The notes beneath the pieces were generated by a model that had not been told where the DNA came from, ran no database searches, and worked only from the letters and a program-made list of their open reading frames with translations. Source: Chiloscyllium plagiosum (lineage: Eukaryota). From it: a stretch of 30,926 nt of DNA. Position 1 is the first letter of the stretch, and every line of letters begins with the position of its first letter. Positions 1 to 11,543 of the stretch are shown here, piece after piece. Both the position numbers and the translations under genes were made by a program. The DNA is taken from NCBI RefSeq assembly GCF_004010195.1, contig NC_057719.1, forward strand, positions 85,286,260 through 85,317,185, written 5' to 3'.

Positions 1-335
1 AGTGTTAATTAAGGCAAGGGACAGAAAGCACAGGGCGAGTATGGATGGGGGAGAAAATCAGGGAGTGAGAGCTAAGACAGATTCACAGAAAAAGGAGAGA
101 TAGTGAAGAGAAAAGATCGCACATGGTGGAGGCAGGGAGGTGTGCGATGGTGAAGTGAGTGTAATGTATCACAGCGGAGGGGTAAAGAGCACACAGCAGA
201 TAGACAAGTGAGTCAGGGCGCCTGGGTTGAGGGGACTGGGTACAGAAAGAGAGAATGAGAAAGGGGAGGTTGCAAAGAAACTGGAATGAAAGGGTTACAC
301 AGGAAAAGGAAGTGACTGACCAGAAAGATAACATC
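1..335. repeat. Purine-rich (GA) low-complexity tract
   Basis: Strong A/G bias on + with gaga/ggag runs; the only ORF is a low-complexity minus-strand frame. Confidence 0.6.
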
Positions 336-1804
336 AAATTCAGAATGACAACTGAAATCTGGTGACATTTCTGTATGTGCTCAGGTTAGAAATAAACTGA
401 TTAAAATATTTTAAACTGCGACTGATAGAGTGTTAGATTCACTGTTGAATTATCTTATTTAACTACATTCTATTGACATTTGGATTTTATCCGGTCGCTT
501 TTATTCAAGGTACTCCCCTACCTGTTTGCAACTATTTGGATCACATCATATTTCCTCATTCCATCCCCAATCATAAACACTTTGACGATTGTTTGAAAGG
601 GAGGGCAAAATAGTAAAACTTTGAAATTTAATCACAGGTTAAAGAAGAGTAAGCACCAAAATGTCACAGATCGCAAAGGTGGGAGATGGATGAAATTATG
701 TTTGAAGAAATCACTCAGGATGGACAGTAGCACACTCAAGGCTTGGTATGGTAGATCTCTACCAATAAGCATGATTCTCCTCACTCTTTAGACACACAGG
801 CAACCTGAACTTCTGAATGAACGCTTTCCGAAACTCAAAAGGATAAACACGATGCTGTCTCTTACAGTAGCCAGCTTTCTCATAGGTCCTTCTAATTACC
901 TGCGAGGATTTCACATTGAATCACAGCTCAGTTTATTAACACCACCAGATTTCACATAACCCTCTTCCAGGTGGACAAACTTCTCACATGAGCTTAGTAG
1001 TGGAGGAATGAGTTATGTAACAAGTCAGCCACCACTTCCAAAGCAAAAGCTACAGTTCTGTTATGTCCAGGCTTATTACTTATCTGACTAGTACCTGTTG
1101 GAAGGTTTACAGAGCAAGTGCAGCTGATCACCTCCTGACTAGATCTTCTCACATTATCAGAAGATCCTTGCAAACTGTTTTGACCAAATTCTGAGCAAAT
1201 TCAGATTGGGCGGAACAAGACGAGCAAGTTGGGAAGCAGTATTGGAAACAATGAGAATCTCCTCCCATGTTATCCCTGAAATTTTAATTTGGTATAAATT
1301 TTTCACATTACCAATGAAGCAGGAGAAACACTTACTTAGCAACTGAAGTATCACTCCCCTTTCAAAATAGCTTACTATTTGTAAAGAGAAATTTAAACAT
1401 ACTGGTGATTATGGAACGGTTGCTGATACTATAAAGAACAGGAGAAGATGAATTATTATTTTCATACACGGATATTATCACGACTGTGTAATTACAATGT
1501 TTGGTTAATAAAGGCGGCTTATCTGATCAATTACGGTCAATACAGCATCTTAAAAAGATGACATGCAGGGGTCATATGATTGTTCATTGATAAGGCTGCG
1601 ACAGTATTGAAATCTATTGCATTAAATGTGATTGTTTTATTGGACTTCTGTTTAACAACACCACAACCTCTAGATCAAACCGACTGACTATACCATGAAA
1701 GGCAAGGAGGCAAACTCGTACCTGCAATAAATCCAACACAATGTTATAGATGAGGGCTCGTCACAACTTGGACCTTTGTTCTAAATGCCCAACATAAAAC
1801 CAGC

Positions 1805-4730
1805 TATCGATATCAAACAAGACCTGGGCAAAGTTTAGGCTTGGATTGAAAAGTGACAGATAACCATCTCAGGCACAGGTATCATAACTACCTCTCAATG
1901 TAATTTAAAGGCACTACCAACACAGTCCTCATTGTGAACCAAAACTGACCAGAAATCCAACAGGACTAACTCAATGGATTCTGTGTTTACCAGTGCAAGC
2001 TAGAAGAGGAGTATATCTGGGTACGTGGCTTCTTTCCTCACTCCTCAACGTCCATAGTACCTACAAGCTGGATGGATGCTACTTCAAGAATACTGAAACA
2101 AAACTTCACCATGACTAAACATCATATCTCTTGGGAAATAAGGCAGGGCAGGTGACTGAGGTGTCTGTGGGGGAGCACTTTGGGGTGAACGACCATAATT
2201 CTACTTGTTTTAAAATAGCGATAGAAAAGGAGAGACCAGATCTAAAAGTTAAAGTTCTAAATTGAAGAAAGGCCAATTTTGATGGTATTAGGCAAGAACT
2301 TTCAAAAGCTGATTGGGGGCAAATGTTCGCAGTTGAAGCGACGACTGGAAAATGGGAAGATTTCAGAAACGAGATAATGAGAGTCCAGAGAAAGTATATT
2401 CCTGTCAGGGTGAAAGGAAAGGCTGGTAGGTATAGGGAATGCTGGATGACTAAAGAAATTGAGGGTTTGGTTAAGAAAAAGTAGGAAGTGTTTGTCAGGT
2501 ATAAACAGGATAGATCGAGTGAATCCTTAGAAGAGTATAAAGGAAGTAGGAGTATACTTACGAGGGAAATCAGGAGGGCAAAAAGGGACATGAGATAGCT
2601 TTGGCAAAAAGAATTAAGGAGAATCCAAAGAGTTTTTACAAATACATTAAGGACAAAAGGGTAACTAGGGAGGGAATAGGGCCCCTCAAAGATCAGCAAG
2701 GCGGCGTTTGTGTGGAGCCGCAGAAAATGGGGGAAGATACTAAATGAGTATTTGCATCAGTAATTACTGTGGAAAAGGACATGGAAGATGTAGACTGTAG
2801 GGAAATAGATGGTGACATCTTGAAAAATATCCATATTACAGAGGAGGAAGTGCTGGATGTCTAGAAAAGCATAAAGATGGATAAATCCGCAGGACCTGAT
2901 CAGGTGTACCCTAGAACTCTGTGGGAAGCTAGAGAAGTGATTGCTGGGCCTCTTGCTGAGATATTTGTATCATCAATAGTCACAGGTGAGGTGCCGGAAG
3001 ACTGGAGGTTGGCTAACGTGGTGCCACAGTTTAAGAAAAGTGGTAAGGACAAGCCAGGGAACTACAGACCAGTGAGCCTGACGTTAGTGTTGGGCAAGTT
3101 GTTGGAGGGAATCCGGAGGGACAGGCAAGGACTGATTAGGGATAGTCAACATGACTTTGTGTGTGGGAAATCATGTCTCACAAACTTGATTGAAGTTTTG
3201 AAGAAGTAACAAAGAGGATCAACGAGAGCAGAGAGGTAGATGTGATCTATATGGACTTCAGTAAGGCGTTCGACAAGGTTCCCCATGGGAAACTGGTTAG
3301 CAAGGTTAGATCTCATGGAATACAGGGAGAACTAGCCATTTGGATACAGAACTGGCTCAAAGGTGGTGGTGGAGGGTTGTTTTTCAGACTGGAGGCCTGT
3401 GCCCAATGGAGTGCCATAAGGGTCGGTGCTGGGTCCACTACTTTTCGTCATTTATATAAATGATTTGGATGTGAGCATAACAGGTATAGTTAGTAAGTTT
3501 GCAGATGACACCAAAATTGGAGGTGTAGTGGACAGCTAAGAGGGTTACCTCAGATTACAACGGTATCTTGATCAGATGGGCCAATGGGCTAAGAAGTGGC
3601 AGATGGAGTTTAATTCAAATAAATGTGAGATGCTGCATTTTGGAAAAGCAAATCTTAGCAGGACTTACACACTTAATGGTAAGGTCCTAGGGAATGTCAC
3701 TGATCAAAGTGACCTTGGAGTGCAGGTTCATAGCTCCTTGAAAGTGGAGTCACAGGTAGATAGGATAGAGAAGAAGGCATTTGGTATGCTTTCCTTTATT
3801 GGTCAGTGTATTGAGTACAGGAGTTGGGAGATCATGTTGCGGCTGTACAGGACATTGGTTAGGCCACTGTTGGAATATTGCATGCAACTCTGGTCTCCTT
3901 CTTATTGGAAAGATGTTATGAAACTTGAAAGGGTTCAGAAAATATTTACAAGGATTTTGCCAGGGTTGGAGGATTTGAGCTATAGGGAGAGGCTGAAAAG
4001 GCTGAGGCTGTTTTCCCTGGAGCGTTGGAGGCTGAGGGGTGACCTTATAGAGGTTTATAAAATCATGAGGGGCATGGATAGGATAAATAGACAAAGTCTT
4101 TTCCCTGGGGTGGGTGAATCGAGAACTAGAGGGCATAGGTTTAGGGTGAGAGGGAAAAGATATAAAAGAGACCTAAGGGGTAACGTTTTCACACAGAGAG
4201 TGGTACGTGTATGGAATGAGCTGACAGAGGAAGTGATGGAGGCTAATATAATTGCAACATTTAAAAGGCATTATGAATAGGAAGTGTTTGGAGGGATATG
4301 GGCCTGGTGCTGGCAGGTAGAACTAGATTGGGTTGGAATATCTGGTCGGCATGGACGGGTAGGACCAAAGGGTCTGTTTTCTTGCTGTACACCTCCAAGA
4401 CTCTATCTCGACACCTCATCAGTTGACCTAAATAGCTATTCACTCCATTGTCAGTGCACAATGGCTGCTGCAGTGTGTACCATCTACAGGATGCATTACA
4501 GTAACATCCTAAAGCTTCTTTAGCAGCAACTCCATAAACTTGGATATCCACTGTCCACGAGGCATGGGATTTTACAAGATCCAGGATTCCCTCAGAGTTG
4601 AGCACTTATCAAACTTGATCATAGACAACCATTCTTTTATTGTCAAAATCTAAGCACTCTACTCAAAAGAACAGTTGGAGTATCTTCATTGATTACAATG
4701 ATTCAACCATCATCTTTGCAGGAGAATCAG
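1805..4730 (+). mobile_element. Old L2-type (CR1-group) LINE 3' fragment, split by a CR1 insertion (pieces ~1805-2125 and ~4410-4730)
   Basis: Degenerate matches to the shark L2-type ORF2 3' region on both sides of the CR1: caagacctgg..aggcttgg, tgaccagaaa, ctcactcctcaa..ctacaag before it, and gctgcagtgtgtaccatctacaggatgcattacag after it. The pieces are collinear. Confidence 0.6.
2128..4405 (+). mobile_element. CR1 LINE, 5'-truncated and decayed (end of endonuclease domain, RT, 3' UTR)
   Basis: ORF2 peptides LGNKAGQVTEVSVGEHFG..DHN, DKSAGPDQVYPRTLWE, PGNYRPVSLT, YMDFSKAFDKVPH, KFADDTK and LVRPLLEYC..WSP. CR1-type 3' tail ending aagactcta. Several stops and frameshifts. Possible 6-bp TSD tatctc at 2125-2130 and 4404-4409. 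Confidence 0.95.
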
Positions 4731-5209
4731 GGTGTGTAAAAAGAGACCATTAGATGTAGTAGCAAAGGTAGGCCACTCAGCCATTGAGTCTACCATACCA
4801 TTCAATAAGATCATGACTGATCTGATTATCGTCAACTCTAACTTCCTGCCTTTTCTCCATAACCCTCAATTCCCTTACTGAATAAAAGTCTGTCTATCCT
4901 GGCCTTGAATATATTTAAATGGCTCCGCCTCAACCACCCCCAGCAATAAAGAATTCCACAGATTCACTAACCTCAGAGAAGAAATTTCTCCTCATCTCTG
5001 TCTTAAATTGGCAACCCATTACTCTGAGATGATGCCCTCGGGTCCGAGACTCTACCACAAGGGAAAACACACTTTCCACACCTATCCTGTCAAGTCCCCT
5101 AAGAATCTTACATACTTCAACAAGATTATCTCTCATTTTTCTAAACTGCAATGACTGCAGACTCAACCTACTCAAACTCTCCTCATAAGATAATCCCTTT
5201 GTACCTAGG

Positions 5210-5438
5210 TAGTAGAAAGTGAGGACTGCAGATATTGGAGATCAGAGTAGAGAGTGTGGTGCTAGAAAAGCACAGCAGGTCAGGCAGCATCCAAGGAGCA
5301 GGAGAATCAACATTTTGGGCATAAGCCCTTCATCAAGAAACTGATCCTGATGAAGGGCTTATACCCAAAATGTCGATTCTCCTGCTCCTTGGATGCTGCC
5401 AGACCTGCTGTGCTTTTCCAGCACCACACTCCCGACCA
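5210..5438. mobile_element. Penelope-like pLTR-derived fold-back element with degenerate hammerhead motifs
   Basis: Starts aaagtgaggactgcag. Inverted arms ~5252-5338 and 5345-5431. Imperfect TSD tttgtacctagg (5198-5209) and tttgtacccagg (5439-5450). CTGATGA-A-GGGC-TTAT-ACCC-AAAA-TG-TC at 5347-5374. Confidence 0.8.
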
Positions 5439-5697
5439 TTTGTACCCAGGATAAGTTAACATCCTCTGAACTGCCTCCAAAGCCAGTGCCTCTTTCCTCA
5501 GATCAGGGGCCCAAAACTGTCCACAGTATTCCAGCTGTGGTCTGAATAGTGCCTGATGGAGTTTTAGCAAGACCTCCTTATTTTTATACTCCATTCCCAT
5601 GATAAAAAAAGCCAAAATTCCACTTGCCTTCCCTAATAGGCAATGATTTTGGATGTGGATGATTTGTGATTCATGCAAATCCTGCTGTGCTATAGAT

Positions 5698-7221
5698 GTT
5701 TTTTATTTCAAAAATATACTTTATTCATAAAATTATTTGGATCACTTTACAATTGGTCATGCCATTCTTGTGCACACATTACATTGCTTTACATACAGAC
5801 ATCGAAATTTATTTTTCCTATATAAAAATCTGTACATTTACTATCCAGCTCTTCTGCAGAGGCCTCAGCGGAGCCCAAATGACTGCGTGGGTCCCCTGTT
5901 CTTCTTAGCTAGGTAGATGTTACACGGTGGTCTTTCCCCACCGCGCCTTGGCGGCAGCTGCCCCAAGCTTCAGCGCGTCCTTCAACACGTAGTCCTGGAC
6001 CTTGGAATGTGCCAGTCTGCAACACTCAGTCGGGGTCAACTCCTTCAGCTGGAAGATCAACAGGTTTCGGACCGCCCAGAGAGCGTCCTTCACCGAGTTG
6101 ATGATCCTCCAGGCACAGTTGATGTTCGTCTCGGTGTGCGTCCTGGGGAACAGACCGTAGAACACGGAGTCCCGTATCACGGCGCTGCTCGGGACGAACC
6201 TCGACAAACACCACTGCATTCCTCTCCAGACTTCTTCTGCGTAGGCACATTCCAGAAGGTGTGTGACAGCCTCGTCCCTCCCCCCCCCCCCCGCGCAGCC
6301 GCTTAGAGGACAGCGTGCGGTGCAGGAGAGAGTCCGGGCGTGCATAAAGGATCTCACAGGCAGAGCCCTTCTCACCACCAGCCAAGCCATGTCTTGGTGC
6401 TTGTTGGAAAGTTCTGGCAATGAGACATTCTGCCAAATGGCTTTGACAGCCTGCCCAGGGAACCGCACAATAGGATCCGCCCTCTCCTTTTCCCAAAGGG
6501 TCTCAAGGACACTACGTGCTGACCACTTCCTGATGGACTTGTGGTCAAAGGTGTTTTTCTTAATAAACTTCTCCACGAAGGACAGGTGATACGGAACAGT
6601 CCAACTACTCAGAGCGTTCCGCGGCAGCGAGGCCAGGCCCATCCTTCGCAACACCGGGGACAAGTAGAACCTCAGTACGTAGTGACACTTGGTGTTTGCG
6701 TACCGGGGATCCACGCCCAGCTTGATGCAGCCACACACAAAGGTGGCCATTAGGGTGAGGGTGGCATTGGGTGTGTTTTCTCCCCCGTTGCCCAGCTCTT
6801 TATACATCGAATCCCTTTGATCTCCATATAAATTGGAAGATGGCCTGGATGACTGCAGCGGCACAGGTTCTGGGAATAGGCCAGACCTGTGCCACATATA
6901 ACAGCAATGACAGTGCCTCACACCTGATGACCAGGTTTTTTCCCGCGATGGAGTGTGACGGTAGCTTCCATCTGCCCAGTTTCTGCCTCACTTTGCTGAT
7001 ACGCTCCTCCCAAGACTAGGCGCACGCCCCAGCCCTCCCCCGAACCAAATACCCAGCACCTTCAGGTGGTCGGTCCTGACGGTGAAGGTGATCGAGGATT
7101 GGTCGGCCCAGTTCCCGAAGAGCATGGCCTCGCTCTTGCCTTGGTTTACCTTGGCCCCCGAGGCCCGTTCGAACTGGTCACATATGCACACGAGTCTGCG
7201 CACGGACAGCGGATCAGGCCC
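5698..7221 (-). mobile_element. Tx1-clade LINE, 5'-truncated (end of RT, zinc-finger region, 3' UTR, short poly-A)
   Basis: Frameshifted ORF2 in frames 6988-7203, 6800-6991 and 5920-6921: FERASGAKVNQGKSE, LKVLGIWF, CPLSGC..E.VTHLLEC, ..KARWGKTTV stop. T-run and tttatt (AATAAA on -) at ~5699-5725. Perfect 14-bp TSD gctgtgctatagat at 5684-5697 and 7222-7235. GC- and CpG-rich. Confidence 0.92.
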
Positions 7222-8029
7222 GCTGTGCTATAGATTATGCAGTTTTTCTCCATTTAAATGGTATTCAACTCCTTTATTCTTCCTGCCAAAGTGCTTAGCC
7301 ACACAGTTTCCCACATTAGATTCCATCTGCCAAGTTTCTGCCCACTTGCTTAACCTGACTATAATCCCTCTACAGACTCTGTGTCATCCTCACCATTTGG
7401 CTGCCCACCTATTTTTGTGTTAGCTGCAAATGTGGCTACAGTACATTCACTTTCCTCATTAGCTTCATTAATATATATGGTAAATAACTGTGGCCCCAGC
7501 ACTGACCCCCGTGGTACACCACTAGTTACAGGTTGCCATCTTGAAAATGCCCCCTTTAGCCCTCCTCAGCTGTCTACTGGTTATTCTTATGAAATAGCCT
7601 AATGCGCGGTACCTTGCCAAACAACTTTTGATAATCCAAATACATCACATTCACTGCTTCCCCTTTGTTGGTGAAATTGCTAGTGACACCAAGAGATTGA
7701 AAACAAAGGAAGTTTGTTCGCGGACTGTAAACTTTAAACCTGCACCCTTGAATAACATGTTCAAACAGACTTGAAATTCACATTACCACTCCCACAGCCC
7801 AAAGGCATACAGACTGTCTGGAGACCAGGAACCAAAAATATCCAAGTGCAGTAACATAAACAAAAAAAAGCTTCTACTTCACAGGAAACATAGATTTACT
7901 GCCCAGTCTCATCAATCATTAAATGCTCAGTGTCACTCTCCTCCTGAGAATGGAGACTACAGGGTGTGACTGAAAATACCTGAGACAGACAGCAGTTCAC
8001 TTCAATTACAAAAATCTGGCCATTTCTTT

Positions 8030-8400
8030 TTTGTTGACCATGGGATTTGACCATTGCTGGCAGGGTCAGTCTGGATTTCCGATGCCTAGTTACCTTCGAG
8101 ATGGTGGTGGCGAGCTGTCTTCTCGAACTGCTATACTCTATGTGGAATGGATAGGGGCATAATGCTTTTCCATGGTTAAAAAGATAATTTCAGAGGCAGT
8201 TAGGGGTTGACCATATCAGTGCCATCTGGGGTTACATTTTGGCCAAAGACAGTAAGAATAGTGGATTTCTTCTCCTGAAGGATATTATGAACAAAATCCT
8301 GCAGTTTTATAATTATTATTGATGAAACTCACATTTTGAGATTTATTAAGCAACGTAATTTAAATACTCCCAATTTCCAGCACATTATTATTAGCCTCTC
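8030..8400 (-). mobile_element. Degenerate L2-type tail and SINE fragments
   Basis: Reverse complement resembles the tail and core of the SINE at 29912-30325 (cagaggcagtta..gttgacca, ggatttcttctcctgaagga) and an L2-type 3' end (gagatggtggtggcgagctgtcttctcgaactgc). Confidence 0.5.
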
Positions 8401-8861
8401 AATTATTAACCCATTAACATTACCATTATGTTACTTCCTCATGTAATCTTACACTGGTTCGGAAATATTTCTTTCTCCAATAATTACTAGACTTCAATGC
8501 TAGTTTGTACATAAAAATCATCAGTAGTGAAGAAATGAAATGTTAACTCTTTCTCTTTCCAAAGATGCTACCTACTGAGTTTCTCCAGAAATTTTCATTT
8601 TTATTCAACACCATTACTGTTGTATTTAATTCTAGTTATACATTATAAGACACATGGGCCTAGATGTGCCTTTGATTGTTCAAAAACTGAACAAGTTAAT
8701 AATTGGCTTAAATATTAATCTAAATTTCTAATCGGGAGGATTAAGCCATTCGTAATTTTAGGATTAGCACATTAGAAAGGGAGTGTCTCTTGTACCAAAC
8801 AACAAAGTGGAATATTCAAGGGCTCAATGGACATGAAAAGGATCTAAAGTTACCCTTAGGT

Positions 8862-8950
8862 CACGTGCATGTGACAGCATGTACATCTGTGCAAACATGG
8901 TGTGTGTATCAGTATCTGTGTGCATGCACATTTGCGCATGTGTGCGTGTC
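8862..8950. repeat. Degenerate (TG/CA)n alternating purine-pyrimidine tract
   Basis: cacgtgcatgtgacagcatgtac...gtgtgcatgcacatttgcgcatgtgtgcgtgt. Confidence 0.6.
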
Positions 8951-9642
8951 TGAGTGAAAAGTGACAGAGAACGAATGAGTGAGAAATACTGAAGGAAAAG
9001 AAATAAGGGAAGGAAGGAGGTGAATTCATATGAGGCAAAAGGGAGGTGAATTGTTTTGAGAAAGAGACAGGAAGATATAACCTGCTGCATAACCAGCTGC
9101 ATAACAGGTTTTATCGGTCTATTCCTGTGTATCATTTGTAGCTCAAAAGGATTTCAAAATGACGGGCAAGGTGCTAAAGGAGGGAACAGCATAACATAAT
9201 TCATATCATGTGAAAGGATTTACAAAGGTGAGCACTTTAGTGATAGCGACCACAGTTCAGTTATGTTTACTTCAGCAATGGAAAGGGATAGGTATACACC
9301 AGAGGGCAACAGCTACAGCTGGGAGAAAGGCAATTACGATGCAATTACACAAGATTTAGGATGCATAGGATGGGGAAGGAAACTGCAGGGAATGGGCACA
9401 ATAGGAATGTGGAGCTTACCCAAAGAACAGCTGCTGTGTGCCTTTGATAATTTTGTACTTGTCAGACAGGGAGAAAATTGTCGAGCGCAGGAGTCGTGGT
9501 TTACTAAGGTCGTTAAATCTCTCGTAAAGATGAAGAAGGAGGCTTATATTAGGATGATTTGGAGATGCCGGTGTTGGACTGGGGCGTACAAAGTTAAAAA
9601 TCACACAACACCAGGTTATTGTCCAACAGGTTTAATTGGAAG

Positions 9643-9677
9643 CTCTAGCTTTCGGAGCGACGCTCTTTCATCAGGTG
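9643..9677 (-). ncRNA. Minimal type I hammerhead ribozyme motif (intact core, stem mismatches)
   Basis: Reverse complement reads cac-CTGATGA-A-AGAGC-gtc-GCTCC-GAAA-GC-TA-gag. Confidence 0.7.
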
Positions 9678-9686
9678 GTAGACTAC

Positions 9687-9721
9687 CACCTAATGAAGGA
9701 GCGACGCTCCGAAAGCTAGTG
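9687..9721 (+). ncRNA. Minimal type I hammerhead ribozyme motif (core G5 mutated)
   Basis: cac-CTAATGA-A-GGAGC-gac-GCTCC-GAAA-GC-TA-gtg: stem I cac/gtg, perfect 5-bp stem II, palindromic AGCT stem III; core CTGATGA changed to CTAATGA. Confidence 0.7.
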
Positions 9722-11543
9722 TGCTTCCAATTAAACCTGTTGGACTATAACCTGGTGTTGTGTGATTTTTAACTATATTAGGATGAGATGTGAAGGCTCA
9801 GTTAGGGTGAATGAGAATTACAAGGTAGCCAGGAAAGACCTAAGAGAAAGCTAACACAAGCGAGGAGGGGACATGAGAAGTTGTTGGCAGATAGGATCAG
9901 GGAAAACCCTAAAACTTTCTATAATGGATAAAAGAATGACTAGAGTAAGATTAGGGACAATCAAGGCCAGTAGTGGGAAGTTGTGCGTGAAGTCAGAGGA
10001 GATAGGGGAATATTTTTTCGTCAGTATTCACATTAGAAAAAGACAACGTGGTCGAGGAGAATATTGAGATACAGGCTACTAGACTAGTTGGGATTGAGGT
10101 GCATAAGGAGGTGGTGTTAGAAATTCTGGAAAGTGTAAAAATAGATAAGCCCCCTGGGCCGAATGGGATTTATCGGAGGGTTCTCTGGGAAGCCAGGGAG
10201 AAGATAGCTGAGCCTTTGGCTTTGAGCTTTATGTTGTCATTGTCCACAGGGACAGTACCAGAAGACTGGAGGATAGCAAATGTTCTCTTGTTCAAGAAGG
10301 GGAGTAGAGACAACCCTGGTGATTATAGACCAGTGAGCCGTACCTCCTTACTTAAGTTAATTAGGGATAGTCAGCATGTTTTTGTGAAGGGTAGATTGTG
10401 CCTCATAAACCTTATTGGTCACCTTGAGAAGGTGACCAAACAGCTGGATGAGGGTAAAGTCATTGATGTGGTGTACATGGATTTCAGTAAGGCATTTGTT
10501 AAGGTTCTCCACAGTAGGCTACTGCACAAAATACGGAGGCATGGGGTTGAGGGCAATTTAGCAGTTTGGATCAGAAATTGGCGAGCTGAAAGAAGACAGA
10601 GGGTGGTGTTTGATGGGAAATGTTCATCCTGGAGTTCAGTTACTAGTGGTGTACCGCAAAGATCTGTTTTGGGCCAACTGCTGTTTGTCATTTTTACACC
10701 CGACCTGGATGGGGGCATAGAAGGATGTGTTAGTAAGTTTGAGGATGACACTAAGGTTGGTACAGTTGTGGATAGGGCCGAAGGATGGTGTAGGTTACAG
10801 AGGGTCATAGATAAGCTGCAGAGCTGGGCTGAGAGGTGCCAAATAGAGTTTAATGCAGCAATGTATCAGGTGATTCACTTTGGAAGGAGTAACAGGAATG
10901 CAGAGTACTGGGCTAATGTAGTGTAGATGAACAGAGAGATCTCTGCGTCCATGTACGTGGATCCCTCAAGGTTGCCAGCTAGGTTGATAGGACTGTTTAA
11001 AAGGCATACGTGTGTTAGCTTTTATTAGTAGAGGGATTGCGTTTTGGAACCATGAGGTCATGCTGCAGTTGTATAAAACTCTGGTGCAGCTGCATTTGGA
11101 GTATTGCGTGCAGTTCTGGTCACCACATTATATGAAGGACGTAGAAGCTTTGGAAAGGGTCCAGAGGAGATTTACTAGGATGTTGCCGGGTATGGAGGGA
11201 AGGTCTTACAAGGAAGGGTTGAGGGACTTACGGCTGTTTTCGTTAGAGAGAAGGTTGAGAGGTCACTTAATTGAGACGTTTAAGATAATCAGATGGTTAG
11301 ATAGGTTGGACAGTGAGAGTCTTTTTCCCAGGATGGTGATGGCTAGCACGAGGGGACATAGCTTCAATTTGAGGGGTGATAAATATAGGACAGATGTCAG
11401 AAGTAATTTTTTTTACTCAGAGTAGTAGGGGTATGGAATGGCTTGTCCTCAACAGGTGTAGACTCACCAACTTTATGGGCATTCAAATGGTCATAAGATA
11501 GGCATATGGACCAGAATGGAACAGTGTAGATCGGATAGGCTTC

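Larger units (their letters stand above)
4745..7690 (-). mobile_element. CR1 LINE fragment, interrupted by a Penelope fold-back (5210-5438) and a Tx1 LINE (5698-7221)
   Basis: Minus-strand peptides SRTRGHHLRV..EMRRNFFS and LFRPQLEYCGQFWAP; [18 protein letters not shown] region at ~7465-7520; 3' tail at ~4745-4830. The pieces are collinear across both insertions. Confidence 0.9.
9558..9773. mobile_element. Second-family Penelope-like fold-back (palindromic) element with twin hammerhead motifs
   Basis: Near-perfect palindrome with arms 9592-9681 and 9683-9774 around a single A (9682). Perfect 13-bp TSD tatattaggatga at 9545-9557 and 9774-9786. Hammerhead cores on both strands. Confidence 0.85.

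Noticed and set aside
2115..2699. 194-aa minus-strand ORF and similar antisense ORFs (3750-4136, 10419-10808, 13084-13413)
   Set aside because: Shadow frames antisense to CR1 ORF2.
2877..4280. RT-like ORFs (also 10048-10926, 13120-13599, 16032-16271) as a retron, DGR or group II intron system
   Set aside because: The motifs (PGNYRPVSLT, DFSKAFD, FADDTK, LEYC.QFWSP) and 3' tails are typical CR1 LINE ORF2, broken by stops and frameshifts, in vertebrate repeat context.
5920..6921. 333-aa ORF as a host gene
   Set aside because: It is the C-terminal part of Tx1 ORF2, reached by frameshift and bounded by poly-A and a TSD.
9558..9773. miRNA precursor or classical DNA-transposon MITE
   Set aside because: The long 13-bp TSD, the asymmetric extension beyond the inverted repeat and the hammerhead cores fit a Penelope-type origin better.
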